Of a stretch of 64,000 bases of DNA, positions 1 to 9,096 are shown piece after piece. Both the position numbers and the translations under genes were made by a program. The stretch is from Candidatus Saccharicenans sp. (lineage in GTDB: Bacteria; Acidobacteriota; Aminicenantia; Aminicenantales; Saccharicenantaceae): the NCBI GenBank assembly GCA_017992175.1, contig JAGOPD010000003.1, positions 7,811-71,810 on the forward strand, in the 5' to 3' direction. The number at the start of each line of letters is the position of its first letter. The first letter of the stretch is position 1. The notes below the pieces were generated by a model. The model was not told where the DNA came from and did no database searches. It worked only from the letters and a program-made list of their open reading frames with translations.

Positions 1-379
1 TGCGCTTTTTGGTTTGAATTATCCTGTCCGCAGGTGATTAAAAAGCTGGACAGGAGAAAAAGCCAGAGGGCAGGTTTAAGGATTGTTTTCATCGTTCTCT
101 GCCTCAAACTTTTATTAAAATTATTTTAAAAGTTTTTATTCTTGCCCCTTAACTTTATATTTCATTCAGCTTTCCAGAGCAACCATTTTTTATTTCTCAC
201 TTTACCGGCAACTCCGGCTTCGCAATTTAGAGTCTCAGTCGCCCGGCTTAACAAAATCAAAATAAAGTCCGTTCTTCACCTGTTTCAGTTTCAACAGGTA
301 CCAGTCTTTGATTTTTACTTTATTTACCTTGATTATAATAGTAGGATAATTTCTCTAATAAACTCAAAGGAACCGGAAA

Positions 380-1237
380 ATGAACTGGTTATTTCTGCTG
401 TTAGCCATCGCCGGCTATGTGGCCATGAATCTGGTGATGAAACTGGGAAGCCTGCGGGGATTAAACTCTTCCGAGCTGACCGGCAGTCTCTTCGCTCTGG
501 CCTCATTCTATTGCTTGCTGATTTTAATTTTTAGCGGGCAGGCCTTAAATTTTACTCCTGCGGTTATCTTACTGGCCGTGGCCGGCGGGGCAGGCGGAGC
601 TGTGGCTTATTTTTTCTTTCTTCAGGCTTTAAAGATCGGAAGCTACGCCCTGACCATATCTATCTACACCATGACTTTTCTCAATCCGGTTATCTTTTCG
701 ATCATCTTCTGGCACAGGCAGGTTACGACTTTAATTACTCTTGGAATTTTATTGATCATCGCCGGAATTATTCTTATTTCCTTAGCCGGCTCAACCCCCG
801 AAAGCCAGAAATCAGGGCTCTTTCTAAAATGGCTCATCTTCCTGATCGCGACTTTTTTCCTGACCGGCATTCCTCAAATCTCTCAGGCGGCAGCGGTCCG
901 CCTGGCCGAGATCAATCTCTGGTCATATCTCTTCGTTACCTTTCTGGCCGGGGCCCTGGTTTTTATGATTTATCTGTCTGTAAAAAAAGTCCGGCTGCCC
1001 CGCCAAGCCTTTTCTTTTGGCGCTCTGGCGGCGGCGGGCAGTGTGGCCGGGAATTTCTTTACGATGAGAGCGCTAACCGGGTTGCCGGAGCCAGTTGTTT
1101 TTCCGGTTATCCAGGCCGGCCCGATCATCGCTGCGGTTATTCTGTCACTGGCTTATTTTAAAGAAAAAATCAAGCCCGGAGCTTATTTCGGGATCATCCT
1201 GGGCCTAGCCGGCCTTGTCCTTTTGGCTTTGAAGTAA
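380..1237 (+). CDS. DMT/EamA-family membrane transporter (about 10 TM helices)
   Basis: 285-aa very hydrophobic ORF with two similar halves rich in G/A/L/I, the typical EamA duplication. No catalytic motifs. Confidence 0.55.
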   Translation: MNWLFLLLAIAGYVAMNLVMKLGSLRGLNSSELTGSLFALASFYCLLILIFSGQALNFTPAVILLAVAGGAGGAVAYFFFLQALKIGSYALTISIYTMTFLNPVIFSIIFWHRQVTTLITLGILLIIAGIILISLAGSTPESQKSGLFLKWLIFLIATFFLTGIPQISQAAAVRLAEINLWSYLFVTFLAGALVFMIYLSVKKVRLPRQAFSFGALAAAGSVAGNFFTMRALTGLPEPVVFPVIQAGPIIAAVILSLAYFKEKIKPGAYFGIILGLAGLVLLALK

Positions 1238-1487
1238 ACAGGCCTTTAAATTGTCCGCAGATTATCAGGGAGCTAAAAAATGAACAGCGAACAATGGTCT
1301 GAGAAGCTCTTCAAAAATTTCGCCCGCCAGTCTGATCAGCTGCCATTTACTCAGGGAACAGCCAGTGAGTGCAGTTTAATAGAAAAAGAAATAACTTTTG
1401 ATTTTACTTCCTGGGGTTTTTTAATAAAATCATAAGCATCATAACAAATAGATTTCGACTTCGGTCAGGAAGGAGAGGCGACATCCC

Positions 1488-2135
1488 ATGAATATCTTAG
1501 AAATAATTCTCAAGCTTATTCTGGCCATCGCTCTTGGCGGCCTGATCGGCCTGGAAAGGGAAGCCAGCCAGAAACCGGCCGGGTTCCGGACTAATATCAT
1601 GGTTTGCCTCGGCTCAGCCATGATGATGAGTATGGCGGCCGGACTGATCAAGGGCAGCAGCGCTTCTCCTGATTCTCTAATCAGGATGGCCGCTGGGGTA
1701 GTCACCGGCATTGGTTTTCTGGGGGCGGGGACAATTATCCATGCCCAGGGGGCGGTCATCGGGCTGACCACGGCCTCCACACTCTGGGTAGTAGCCGGCC
1801 TGGGGTTAGTTATCGGAGCTGGCTATTATCTTCCAGCCATAATTTTTACGGCTATCATTATCGCCACTCTGGTGGCTTTTAGAAAGGTGGAAGAGGTTTA
1901 TCTCCGGAAACATATTTATCGCTATCATCTCCGGTTCAGAGAACAGCCGGATCTGCTCTCCAGGCTTAGAAAGCTGAGTTTTCATCACGGGATCAGGCTT
2001 GAACACCTTAACTTGAAAAAAGAGGGTTCATCCATGGTGATTTCCTTCACAGCTGTTGGTTCTGAGGATAAAGAGCAGGAATTTAATGAGGCGGTGCTGG
2101 ATCTGGGAGAGCTGGAGGAGTTCCGGCTTGACTGA
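1488..2135 (+). CDS. mgtC: MgtC/SapB-family membrane protein
   Basis: The N-terminus MNILEIILKLILAIALGGLIGLEREASQKPAGFRTNIMVCLGSAMMM matches the MgtC signature (GLEREx..K.AG.RT). A strong RBS GGAAGGAGAGG lies upstream. Confidence 0.7.
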   Translation: MNILEIILKLILAIALGGLIGLEREASQKPAGFRTNIMVCLGSAMMMSMAAGLIKGSSASPDSLIRMAAGVVTGIGFLGAGTIIHAQGAVIGLTTASTLWVVAGLGLVIGAGYYLPAIIFTAIIIATLVAFRKVEEVYLRKHIYRYHLRFREQPDLLSRLRKLSFHHGIRLEHLNLKKEGSSMVISFTAVGSEDKEQEFNEAVLDLGELEEFRLD

Positions 2136-2745
2136 CCGGCTGAGTGCCAGACGCCTTCTTCTGGCCACAACTAACCAGGGTAAAGCCCGGGAAATTAAAA
2201 AGCTGCTGGCGGGTCTAAATTTTAAGATAGAAAGTCTGGTCAGCCATCCCGAGCTCGGCCAGTTTCGGGAAAAGGGGAAAACCTTTGAAGAAAATAGCCG
2301 GGGGAAGGCCCGCTTCTACAGCCGGCAATACGATGGCCTGGTTCTGGCCGAAGATTCAGGTCTGGAAGTTGAAGCCCTGGGCGGGAAGCCCGGAGTTTTT
2401 TCTGCCCGCTTTTCGGGCCGGCAGGCCACTGACCAAAAAAACATAAAGAAACTTCTAAAATTGATGGGACCTCTGCCCGAAAGCCAGCGAAGAGCCAGAT
2501 TTATCTGTGTGGTCAGCTTAGCCAGGCAGGGCAAAATACTTAAAGTTTATAAAGGCCGGCTGGACGGACGGATAATCTTTGAGCCGAGAGGCCGCAATGG
2601 ATTCGGCTATGACCCCGTTTTTTTCTATGCTCCACTTCAGAAAACTCTGGCTGAACTCACCGCCGTAGAAAAAAATAAAATCAGCCATCGCGGCCGGGCC
2701 TTAAGAAAAGTCCGGGCTTACCTCAAAAAGGGGCCAGAGGCCTGA
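2128..2745 (+). CDS. rdgB: RdgB/HAM1 non-canonical purine NTP pyrophosphatase (dITP/XTP)
   Basis: The motifs ATTNQGKAREIKKLL, ...SARF..., FGYDPVF and ISHRGRAL are Ham1-family signatures. The likely start is TTG at 2128, overlapping the mgtC stop. The ORF track's upstream extension (2056) is probably not translated. Confidence 0.75.
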   Translation: MTDRLSARRLLLATTNQGKAREIKKLLAGLNFKIESLVSHPELGQFREKGKTFEENSRGKARFYSRQYDGLVLAEDSGLEVEALGGKPGVFSARFSGRQATDQKNIKKLLKLMGPLPESQRRARFICVVSLARQGKILKVYKGRLDGRIIFEPRGRNGFGYDPVFFYAPLQKTLAELTAVEKNKISHRGRALRKVRAYLKKGPEA

Positions 2746-2954
2746 TAAAGGTTTTTACTTTTAAGATTTCAGGCTACCCGCCTCAGCTTCTTTTTACTGT
2801 AAAATCCATTGGACTCGAAACTAGCCGAAAGTAAACTCTTCTTGACTCAAGAAGTTCCTCCATTGGCTTTTATCTTATTGATCTTAAATATTTTATAAGG
2901 ACCGTCCAGGCTGGCCCGAAATTCGCATGACAGAGGGCTGAAAGGAGATTTGCC

Positions 2955-3269
2955 ATGAAAAACTTTTTCCACAAGTCAGTCGCCATGAATCTGGCCATCC
3001 TGATTTTTCTCTCTTTGCTGGGCAGCGGCCTGGCTCAGTCCCAGAATCAGAGCAAACCGGCTTCAGGCAAGATCAACATCAATACGGCGTCCTCAGCCGA
3101 GCTGGAAAGCCTGCCAAGAATCGGGCCTAAAGTTGCTCAGCGGATCATTGATTACCGGACTCAAAACGGACCCTTTAAAAAGGTGGAAGACCTGTTGAAG
3201 GTTCAGGGCATCGGGGAAAAGATTTTTAATCAACTTAAAGACCAGATTACCGTCGGCGAAACAAAGTAA
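2955..3269 (+). CDS. comEA: ComEA-like secreted helix-hairpin-helix DNA-binding protein
   Basis: It has a signal peptide and the sequence ININTASSAELESLPRIGPKVAQRIIDYRTQNGPFKKVEDLLKVQGIGEKIFNQLKD, which is the typical ComEA HhH tandem. Confidence 0.7.
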   Translation: MKNFFHKSVAMNLAILIFLSLLGSGLAQSQNQSKPASGKININTASSAELESLPRIGPKVAQRIIDYRTQNGPFKKVEDLLKVQGIGEKIFNQLKDQITVGETK

Positions 3270-3286
3270 AACTGGCCTGGAAAGAA

Positions 3287-3329
3287 GGCGGAAGAGAAAG
3301 GTCTAAATCCTTTCTCTTCTGCCTTTTTC
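3287..3329 (+). terminator. Rho-independent terminator after comEA; may act bidirectionally for the convergent xerC
   Basis: The stem GGCGGAAGAGAAAGG (3287-3301), loop TCTAAAT and stem CCTTTCTCTTCTGCC (3309-3323) form 15 bp with one G.U pair. The T-tract TTTTTC follows. Confidence 0.7.
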
Positions 3330-3382
3330 TACCTGTAATTTCATCTGACTGCGGCCAATCAGCCAGTTAGAATGAGAAAGTG

Positions 3383-4270
3383 TCAGGACCGGGGGTGGGA
3401 CTGGCGGTAAACTTCCAGCAGATGACTTAGATCAAGATGGGTATACTTCTGGGTAGTAGCCAGGCTGCGGTGGCCAAGCAATTCCTGAATTGCTCTGAGA
3501 TCGGCTCCCCGGCTTAAAAGATGCGAAGCAAATGAGTGCCGCAAAGAATGAGGGCTAATCTTTCTGGCCACGGCAATCTGCCTTATCCGCTTTTGCACCA
3601 GCCTTTGAACCGAACGGGGATTAAGCCTTTCTCCGCGGTAATTAAGAAAAATTGCCAGTTCTGACATTTTGTTCAAAGCCAGTAAGGGCCGCAGGCCTAA
3701 ATATTCTTTGAGCCATTTTTCTGCTTCCCGGCCAAAGGGGATGATTCTTTCTTTCTTGCCCTTTCCCTTGACCCGGAGCAGTCTTTCCTTGAGATGCAGG
3801 TCTTCAAGATTGAGTGAGGTCAATTCTGACACCCGGAGTCCTGAAGCATAAAGCAGCTCCAGAATGGCTTTATCCCTGACTTCCAGCGGATCACTGGTTT
3901 TAACCGGCCAGGTAAGCAGCCTGGAAGTTTCCTCTTCGGTCAGAAAGCCAGGTATAAGCTGCTCCTGCCGGGGCGTGGCCAGCAGGCTGCCTGGATTATC
4001 CTGTCGCCAGTTTTTTTTAAGGCAAAAGCCAAAAAAAGATCTCATAGCGGCCAGCTTGCGGACGATGGAGCTTTTTTTTAGCTCCTGCTGGTGGAGTTCA
4101 GCCAGAAAGCCACGCAGAGCCAGGGTATCAGCTGTCCGCCAGTTATAACCATTTTTTTTGAGATAAGAAGCTAATTGCTGCAGATCCCGGCCATAGGCCA
4201 GAACTGTATGGGGAGAAGCATTCTTTTCATACCGGAGATAATCAAGGAATTCTTCAATTTCTTTTTTCAT
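3383..4270 (-). CDS. xerC: Tyrosine site-specific recombinase, Xer type
   Basis: The N-terminus is FLDYLRYEKNASPHTVLAYGRDLQQL. The C-terminus HSLRHSFASHLLSRGADLRAIQELLGHRSLATTQKYTHL carries the RHRY catalytic-box residues. It is operon-linked to topA and dprA. The XerC versus XerD assignment is uncertain. Confidence 0.75.
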   Translation of the reverse strand: MKKEIEEFLDYLRYEKNASPHTVLAYGRDLQQLASYLKKNGYNWRTADTLALRGFLAELHQQELKKSSIVRKLAAMRSFFGFCLKKNWRQDNPGSLLATPRQEQLIPGFLTEEETSRLLTWPVKTSDPLEVRDKAILELLYASGLRVSELTSLNLEDLHLKERLLRVKGKGKKERIIPFGREAEKWLKEYLGLRPLLALNKMSELAIFLNYRGERLNPRSVQRLVQKRIRQIAVARKISPHSLRHSFASHLLSRGADLRAIQELLGHRSLATTQKYTHLDLSHLLEVYRQSHPRS

Positions 4271-6632
4271 CGGAGTCAGTTGAAGATTTAACCCCCTGGC
4301 GGTTTTCCTCTTCAGGCCTATCTGTCAGTTGCTCCTGACTTCTTTTGACTTCAGTTTCAGCCGGGTTTTGTTTCGCATCTAAATCGCGGACATAATCACA
4401 CTTCTGACAGTAAAGATGGGGCTGGCCTTTTTTAGGCGCCTTTTTTAGCAGGAAGGTGGCGCCGCATTTAGGGCAGGGTTCATTCACAATTTCATCCCAG
4501 GTCGCAAAGCGGCACTGGGGGTAGTGGCTGCAGCCATAAAAATATTTTCCCCGCCTGGTTTTTCTTTTGATAATTGTCCCGCCACAGCCCAGCGGACAGG
4601 GCAAGCCGGTGTCAGAATTTTCTTTATGAATATATTTGCAGTGTGGATAGTTAGAGCAGGCAATAAATGTCCCATACCGGCCCCGGCGGTAAACCAGGGG
4701 TGAACCGCACCGGGGACATTTGGCTTCAATGGTTTTGATTTCTTTTTTGACCAGCGATTCTTTATAATCGCAGTCAGGATAACCCGAACAAGCCTTAAAC
4801 CGGCCATACCGCCCTTCCTTAATGACCAGGTTCCGGCCGCACTTCGGGCATTTTTCCTCAACCGGTATGCCATTCTTCTTAATCGAATCGGTCTCCTGTC
4901 CTTGCTGGAGATATTTATCCAGAAGTTCATAATAGCCACGCAGGCTTTCCAGCCACGAAGCCTGGCCGTCGCTGATCTTATCGAGTTGCTCCTCCATCCT
5001 GGCCGTAAAGCGGTAATCGAACAATTCAGCAAAATATTTGACCAGAAAATCGGTGACAAACATCCCCAGGTCAGTTGGTTTAAAACGGCCCTCCTCCTTG
5101 ATGACATAGGTTCTATTCTGTAAAGTCGAGATAATCGGGGCATAGGTGCTCGGACGGCCAATTCCCCGGGCTTCCAGCTCTTTGACTAATGTCGCTTCTG
5201 TATAACGGGGTGGCGGCTGGGTAAAATTCTGCTTGCTCTGGAGGTCGAGGAGGGTCAGAATTTCTCCTTCCCTGGCGACAGGTAGAGTGCCTGTTTCGGT
5301 CAGGACAGCCTCTGTTTCATTATCGGGCTTTTTCTCCGGCCTGTCTCCATTTTCAAACTTCAGCCGCTGCTCTTCAGACAGAGCCAGAAAACCCTTAAAT
5401 TTAACTACTTCACCTTTAGCCTGGAACCCAGCCTGGCCGGCCTTGATTTCAAACTGAGTTTCCTCAATCGCTGCCGGACTCATTTGAGAGGCTAAAAACC
5501 GGTTCCAGATCAAACGGTAAAGTTCATATTCCTCTTTTTTTAAAAAAGGTTTAACTTTTTCCGGCGGCAGGTCTAAATGAGCTGGCCGGATGGCCTCATG
5601 GGCTTCCTGAGCAGTCTTCCTTGATTTATAAAGAACCGGTTTGGCCGGCAAATACTCCGGGCCAAAGTGTTCTTCAATGTATTTTTTGGCTGCTTGCCTG
5701 GCCACCTCCGAAATTCTGACCGAATCAGTTCTCATATAAGTAATTAAGCCGACCGGCCCGAGCTCACCCAGTTCCAGGCCTTCATATAGCCGCTGGGCGA
5801 CTGACATGGTTTTCTTAACCGGAAAATGCAATAAGCGGTAAGCCTCCTGCTGCATAGTCGAGGTAATATAGGGTGCCGGCGGATTCTTTTTTTTGGCTTT
5901 GACCTGGATCTTCTCTAGAATGAACTGCTCCCGGCGGCAGGCAGTTAAAACAGCCTGAGCCTGTTCACCGTTTTTGATCTTGACTTTTTTCCCATCTATC
6001 TTAACCAGCGTCGCTTTGAATTCTGGTGGTGACTGAGCCCTGAGATTAGCGGTAATCGTCCAGTATTCTTCCGGTTTAAAAGTCTTGATTTCTTTTTCGC
6101 GGTCGCAAATCAACCGGAGAGCCACCGATTGAACCCGGCCAGCACTCAGGCCCCGGCCGATTTTTTTCCAGAGCAGAGGGCTGATTAGATAGCCAACCAG
6201 CCGGTCAAGGATACGCCTGGTCTGCTGGGCGTCAATCTTGTTCTGGTCAAGAGTCCCGGGGCGAGAGAAAGCTTCCTTGATAGCCCTTTCGGTTATTTCA
6301 TAGAACACTGCCCGGTAAATCTTCTTATTGACCGGCTGAAGCAACTGGCTTATATGCCAGGAGATAGCTTCACCTTCGCGGTCGGGGTCAGCGGCCAGAA
6401 TAATCTCTTTGCTCTCTTCGGCCAGTTTTTTGAGTTCAGCTACCAGTTTCCGCCTTTCAGGAATTATTTGATAGGTTGGTTTAAAATCATTTTTGATATC
6501 TACCCCGAGTTTACTTTTGGGCAGATCGCAGACATGCCCCATGGAGGCTTTAACCAGATAGTCCGGGCCAAGATAACGATTGACGGTCTTAGCTTTAGCT
6601 GGTGATTCGACAATGACCAAGGATTTCGCCAC
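4254..6632 (-). CDS. topA: DNA topoisomerase I
   Basis: The Toprim N-terminus is MAKSLVIVESPAKAKT. The active-site region and at least three C-terminal C4 zinc-ribbon repeats (CPKCG..., CPRCG..., CPLGCGG..) are present. Confidence 0.9.
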   Translation of the reverse strand: MAKSLVIVESPAKAKTVNRYLGPDYLVKASMGHVCDLPKSKLGVDIKNDFKPTYQIIPERRKLVAELKKLAEESKEIILAADPDREGEAISWHISQLLQPVNKKIYRAVFYEITERAIKEAFSRPGTLDQNKIDAQQTRRILDRLVGYLISPLLWKKIGRGLSAGRVQSVALRLICDREKEIKTFKPEEYWTITANLRAQSPPEFKATLVKIDGKKVKIKNGEQAQAVLTACRREQFILEKIQVKAKKKNPPAPYITSTMQQEAYRLLHFPVKKTMSVAQRLYEGLELGELGPVGLITYMRTDSVRISEVARQAAKKYIEEHFGPEYLPAKPVLYKSRKTAQEAHEAIRPAHLDLPPEKVKPFLKKEEYELYRLIWNRFLASQMSPAAIEETQFEIKAGQAGFQAKGEVVKFKGFLALSEEQRLKFENGDRPEKKPDNETEAVLTETGTLPVAREGEILTLLDLQSKQNFTQPPPRYTEATLVKELEARGIGRPSTYAPIISTLQNRTYVIKEEGRFKPTDLGMFVTDFLVKYFAELFDYRFTARMEEQLDKISDGQASWLESLRGYYELLDKYLQQGQETDSIKKNGIPVEEKCPKCGRNLVIKEGRYGRFKACSGYPDCDYKESLVKKEIKTIEAKCPRCGSPLVYRRGRYGTFIACSNYPHCKYIHKENSDTGLPCPLGCGGTIIKRKTRRGKYFYGCSHYPQCRFATWDEIVNEPCPKCGATFLLKKAPKKGQPHLYCQKCDYVRDLDAKQNPAETEVKRSQEQLTDRPEEENRQGVKSSTDSDEKRN

Positions 6633-7739
6633 TTAGTATCTCCTGCGGAAAAATTTACCAGGCTCCTGGACAACTGTTTCTTTCATTTCCAGACTCAGCA
6701 AAACAGTCAGCAGTTCACTTACCGGTAGATGAATTTTATCAGATAATTCGTCAATGTGAATCACTTCCTTTTCAGGCAGGGCGGCCAGCACTTTTTTTTC
6801 CTGTTGACTGAGCTCCGGACTGGCCTGCTTTCTCGAAGTCAGACGATTCAAGGCTGCCTCATTCCAGGGGAAGGGCAGTTCTGAAACAATATCCTCGGCC
6901 GACTCGACCAGCTTGGCTCCATGTTTAATTAAGAAATTCGTTCCGCCGCTAAGTTCAGAGGTGACCGGTCCAGGCACAGCCATGACTTCCCGCCCCTGAT
7001 CAAGAGCCAGGCCAGCAGTAATCAGTGCCCCGCTTTTCAAGCCAGCCTCAACCACCAGACAAGCTAATGACAGCCCGCTCAGTACCCGGTTTCTCAGCGG
7101 GAAATGAAAGCCAAGCGGTTCAGAATCAAGAGGAAATTCACTCACTACCAGTCCTTTGGCTGCTATCTTTTCGGCCAGCAGCCTGTTTTCCCTGGGATAA
7201 ATTCTGTCAAGTCCAGAGCCAAGAACAGCCAGTGTTTTCCCGCTTCTCAAAGCACCCTGATGGGCCAGAGTATCAATTCCTCGAGCCAGACCGCTGATGA
7301 CAACCAGGCCGCAGGCAGCCAGCTCATCGGCTAGCCGGTCGGCCAGCAGCCGGCCATAGCCGGTCGGGTGCCTTGAGCCAACTATTGCTACTCCGGCCAG
7401 ATTCAAAACCTCAATTTGACCATAAGCGTAAAGGACCAGAGGCGGCTCAACTATCTCCCGGAGAAGTTCAGGATAACCGCTATCCTTAAAACTCAGGAGA
7501 GTATACTCTTTTCCCTTTAGCTTCTCAACTTCCAGGCCGGCCCGGTCAAGAAGCTCTCCGGACAGGATTTTTTGCTTGGCGAGAAAGCTCAACGGGCAGG
7601 AATTCAGATAGCCCGGCTCTGGCTTTAATAACTTATCTTCCGAATCAAAATAACGCAGAGCCTTGCCGGCAGACAAATAGCCGTCGGTAACAAGGTAGTT
7701 TAGCGCCAGCCAGAAAACCTGATTGTCGCCTGTTCTCAC
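6633..7739 (-). CDS. dprA: DNA-processing protein DprA (Smf)
   Basis: The motif VISGLARGIDTLAHQGAL...TLAVLGSGLDRIYPRENRLLAEKIA...GLVVSEFP is the DprA Rossmann core. A C-terminal winged-helix tail is present. It sits in the classic dprA-topA arrangement. Confidence 0.85.
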   Translation of the reverse strand: MRTGDNQVFWLALNYLVTDGYLSAGKALRYFDSEDKLLKPEPGYLNSCPLSFLAKQKILSGELLDRAGLEVEKLKGKEYTLLSFKDSGYPELLREIVEPPLVLYAYGQIEVLNLAGVAIVGSRHPTGYGRLLADRLADELAACGLVVISGLARGIDTLAHQGALRSGKTLAVLGSGLDRIYPRENRLLAEKIAAKGLVVSEFPLDSEPLGFHFPLRNRVLSGLSLACLVVEAGLKSGALITAGLALDQGREVMAVPGPVTSELSGGTNFLIKHGAKLVESAEDIVSELPFPWNEAALNRLTSRKQASPELSQQEKKVLAALPEKEVIHIDELSDKIHLPVSELLTVLLSLEMKETVVQEPGKFFRRRY

Positions 7740-8611
7740 TTTTTACAATAAGCCGCTGGCAAAGCCAGAACAGGCATGGTGGCATAAGAAACGGCTTTTT
7801 CAGTCGTACTGCCCAGGAAAAATCTTTCGACGGGTGAAACACAGGTTGACATGAGTATCAGGTCGAACTTATGACGGTTGGCATAGGTCACGATACCAGC
7901 TGGAGCATTTAAATCTCTGATAACCACTTCCTCTACCTTGAAACCGGTTCTCCTTTTCTTCCTGGTTTGCAGCCGGTTCAAAGCTTCATCCATCAGAGCT
8001 TTGACTTCTTCCGGAGAAAACTTGAAATCGTAAAGCTCGAGGACATAGATTAAAGTTAAATCAGCCTGGAGACGGCTGGCCACTGCCCAGGCATAATCCC
8101 TTTCTTTTTCTTCACCGGCTGAAAAATCAGTCGGGACTAAAATCTTTTCAATTTTAGCCTCGCCCCGTTTTTTGGGTGTAATCAACACCGGAACTTTTGA
8201 CCGCCGGAGAACCTGATTGGTTACGCTGCCCATCAGAATTTTCTCCAGAGCCGACATGCCCTTTCGCCCAAGAGCTATCAGCTGACAGTGTTCCTCTTCG
8301 GCCAGGTCGGCAATTCTCTTCCCGGGTGAGCCTGTTTCGATCATGATCTTTGAAAATGTTACCGAATTTTTAGACGCTATTTTTTCTAATCTGGCCCGGG
8401 CTTTAAGCTGAAGGTCTTCCTGCCTTTTGACCAGATCAGCCACCATCATCGCCCTGGTTTCATATAGAGCTGGAGCAAAATCAGGCACCACATGGACTGC
8501 TTTGATCGAAGCCTTAAAATGTTTGGCCAGGTAACTGGCATAATTAAGAGCAGTTAAAGATTCAGCCGAAAAGTCCGTCGACCAGAGAATATTCTTAATT
8601 TGATAATTCAT
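7736..8611 (-). CDS. Tandem-domain universal stress protein (UspA family)
   Basis: It has two about 140-aa halves. Each ends in a ...VPVL[IA].. hydrophobic strand and carries a GS.T...L motif. There is an ATGA overlap with the dprA start. Confidence 0.6.
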   Translation of the reverse strand: MNYQIKNILWSTDFSAESLTALNYASYLAKHFKASIKAVHVVPDFAPALYETRAMMVADLVKRQEDLQLKARARLEKIASKNSVTFSKIMIETGSPGKRIADLAEEEHCQLIALGRKGMSALEKILMGSVTNQVLRRSKVPVLITPKKRGEAKIEKILVPTDFSAGEEKERDYAWAVASRLQADLTLIYVLELYDFKFSPEEVKALMDEALNRLQTRKKRRTGFKVEEVVIRDLNAPAGIVTYANRHKFDLILMSTCVSPVERFFLGSTTEKAVSYATMPVLALPAAYCKK

Positions 8612-8726
8612 TGACCCTTCTCCTTTTATTTTTTTTGAATTTTACCACATTCAGGGTCATTAAATAAAACTTTTTAATTCTCCTGCCTGCTAAATAGACG
8701 CTGCCACCTGTCCTGTTTTCTCAGGT

Positions 8727-8978
8727 TTAGCTGCTTTTTTTGATTTCTATTAATTTAGTTCTGGAAGTTTCACCTCTGATAATTCTCAGGCAGGAAGGAG
8801 CTAGCTCAAAATAATCTGCCAGCAGGGTGAGCAGCTCAGCATTAGCCCGGCCCTTAACCGGAGCCGAGATTAACCTGGCCTTGAACTCACCGTCAGACAG
8901 CCGGATCAAAGCCTGCTCTCTGGATCTGGGCTGCACCCGGACAGTAATTACCTGCTTTTCGCCTTTTCCACTCTTCAT
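8727..8978 (-). CDS. DUF167/YggU-family small protein
   Basis: The sequence ...LISAPVKGRANAELLTLLADYFELAPSCLRIIRGETSRTKLIEI matches the conserved YggU core (..A.P..GKAN..L...LA..L.V.KS...I.SG..SR.K.V.I). Confidence 0.6.
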   Translation of the reverse strand: MKSGKGEKQVITVRVQPRSREQALIRLSDGEFKARLISAPVKGRANAELLTLLADYFELAPSCLRIIRGETSRTKLIEIKKSS

Positions 8979-9096
8979 TTTAGCCAGCTCCTAAGGCTCT
9001 CCGGCCGGACTTTTTCCCTTTGGATCATTAGTCTTAACCTTGAACAGCTGGTCATGAGTTTGTTGCTGCCTGACGCGCCAACCGCCGCCACGAACC

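Noticed and set aside
142-534. 130-aa ORF overlapping the start of the DMT transporter gene
   Set aside because: It has no recognisable motifs. It overlaps a well-supported membrane-protein gene in another frame and its composition is low-complexity. It is likely spurious. The region 1-379 is better read as the transporter's AT-rich promoter/leader.
2746-2954. Direct repeat TCCATTGG (x2) and inverted repeat CTTCTT-GACTC-AAGAAG downstream of rdgB, considered as terminator or small RNA
   Set aside because: The stem is short (6 bp) and is not followed by a T-tract. There is no obvious conservation signal. It was left unannotated.
3383-4270. Tyrosine recombinase as a possible phage integrase or mobile-element marker
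   Set aside because: It is embedded in the conserved dprA-topA housekeeping operon. It has an XerC-like N-terminus (FLDYLRYEKNASPHTVLAYGRDLQQL). No flanking tRNA, attachment-site repeats or phage genes were found. It was called chromosomal Xer recombinase.
4484-5161. 225-aa ORF nested inside topA (also 3669-4148 ORFs inside xerC, 34826-35380 and 34229-34717 inside relA, 45569-45862 and 46475-46720 inside antiporter genes, 16752-17064 inside the GDH-like gene)
   Set aside because: These products are Arg/Ser/Pro-rich and typical of frame-shifted readings of real genes in a 50% GC genome. None has a motif or RBS context. They are treated as non-coding shadows.
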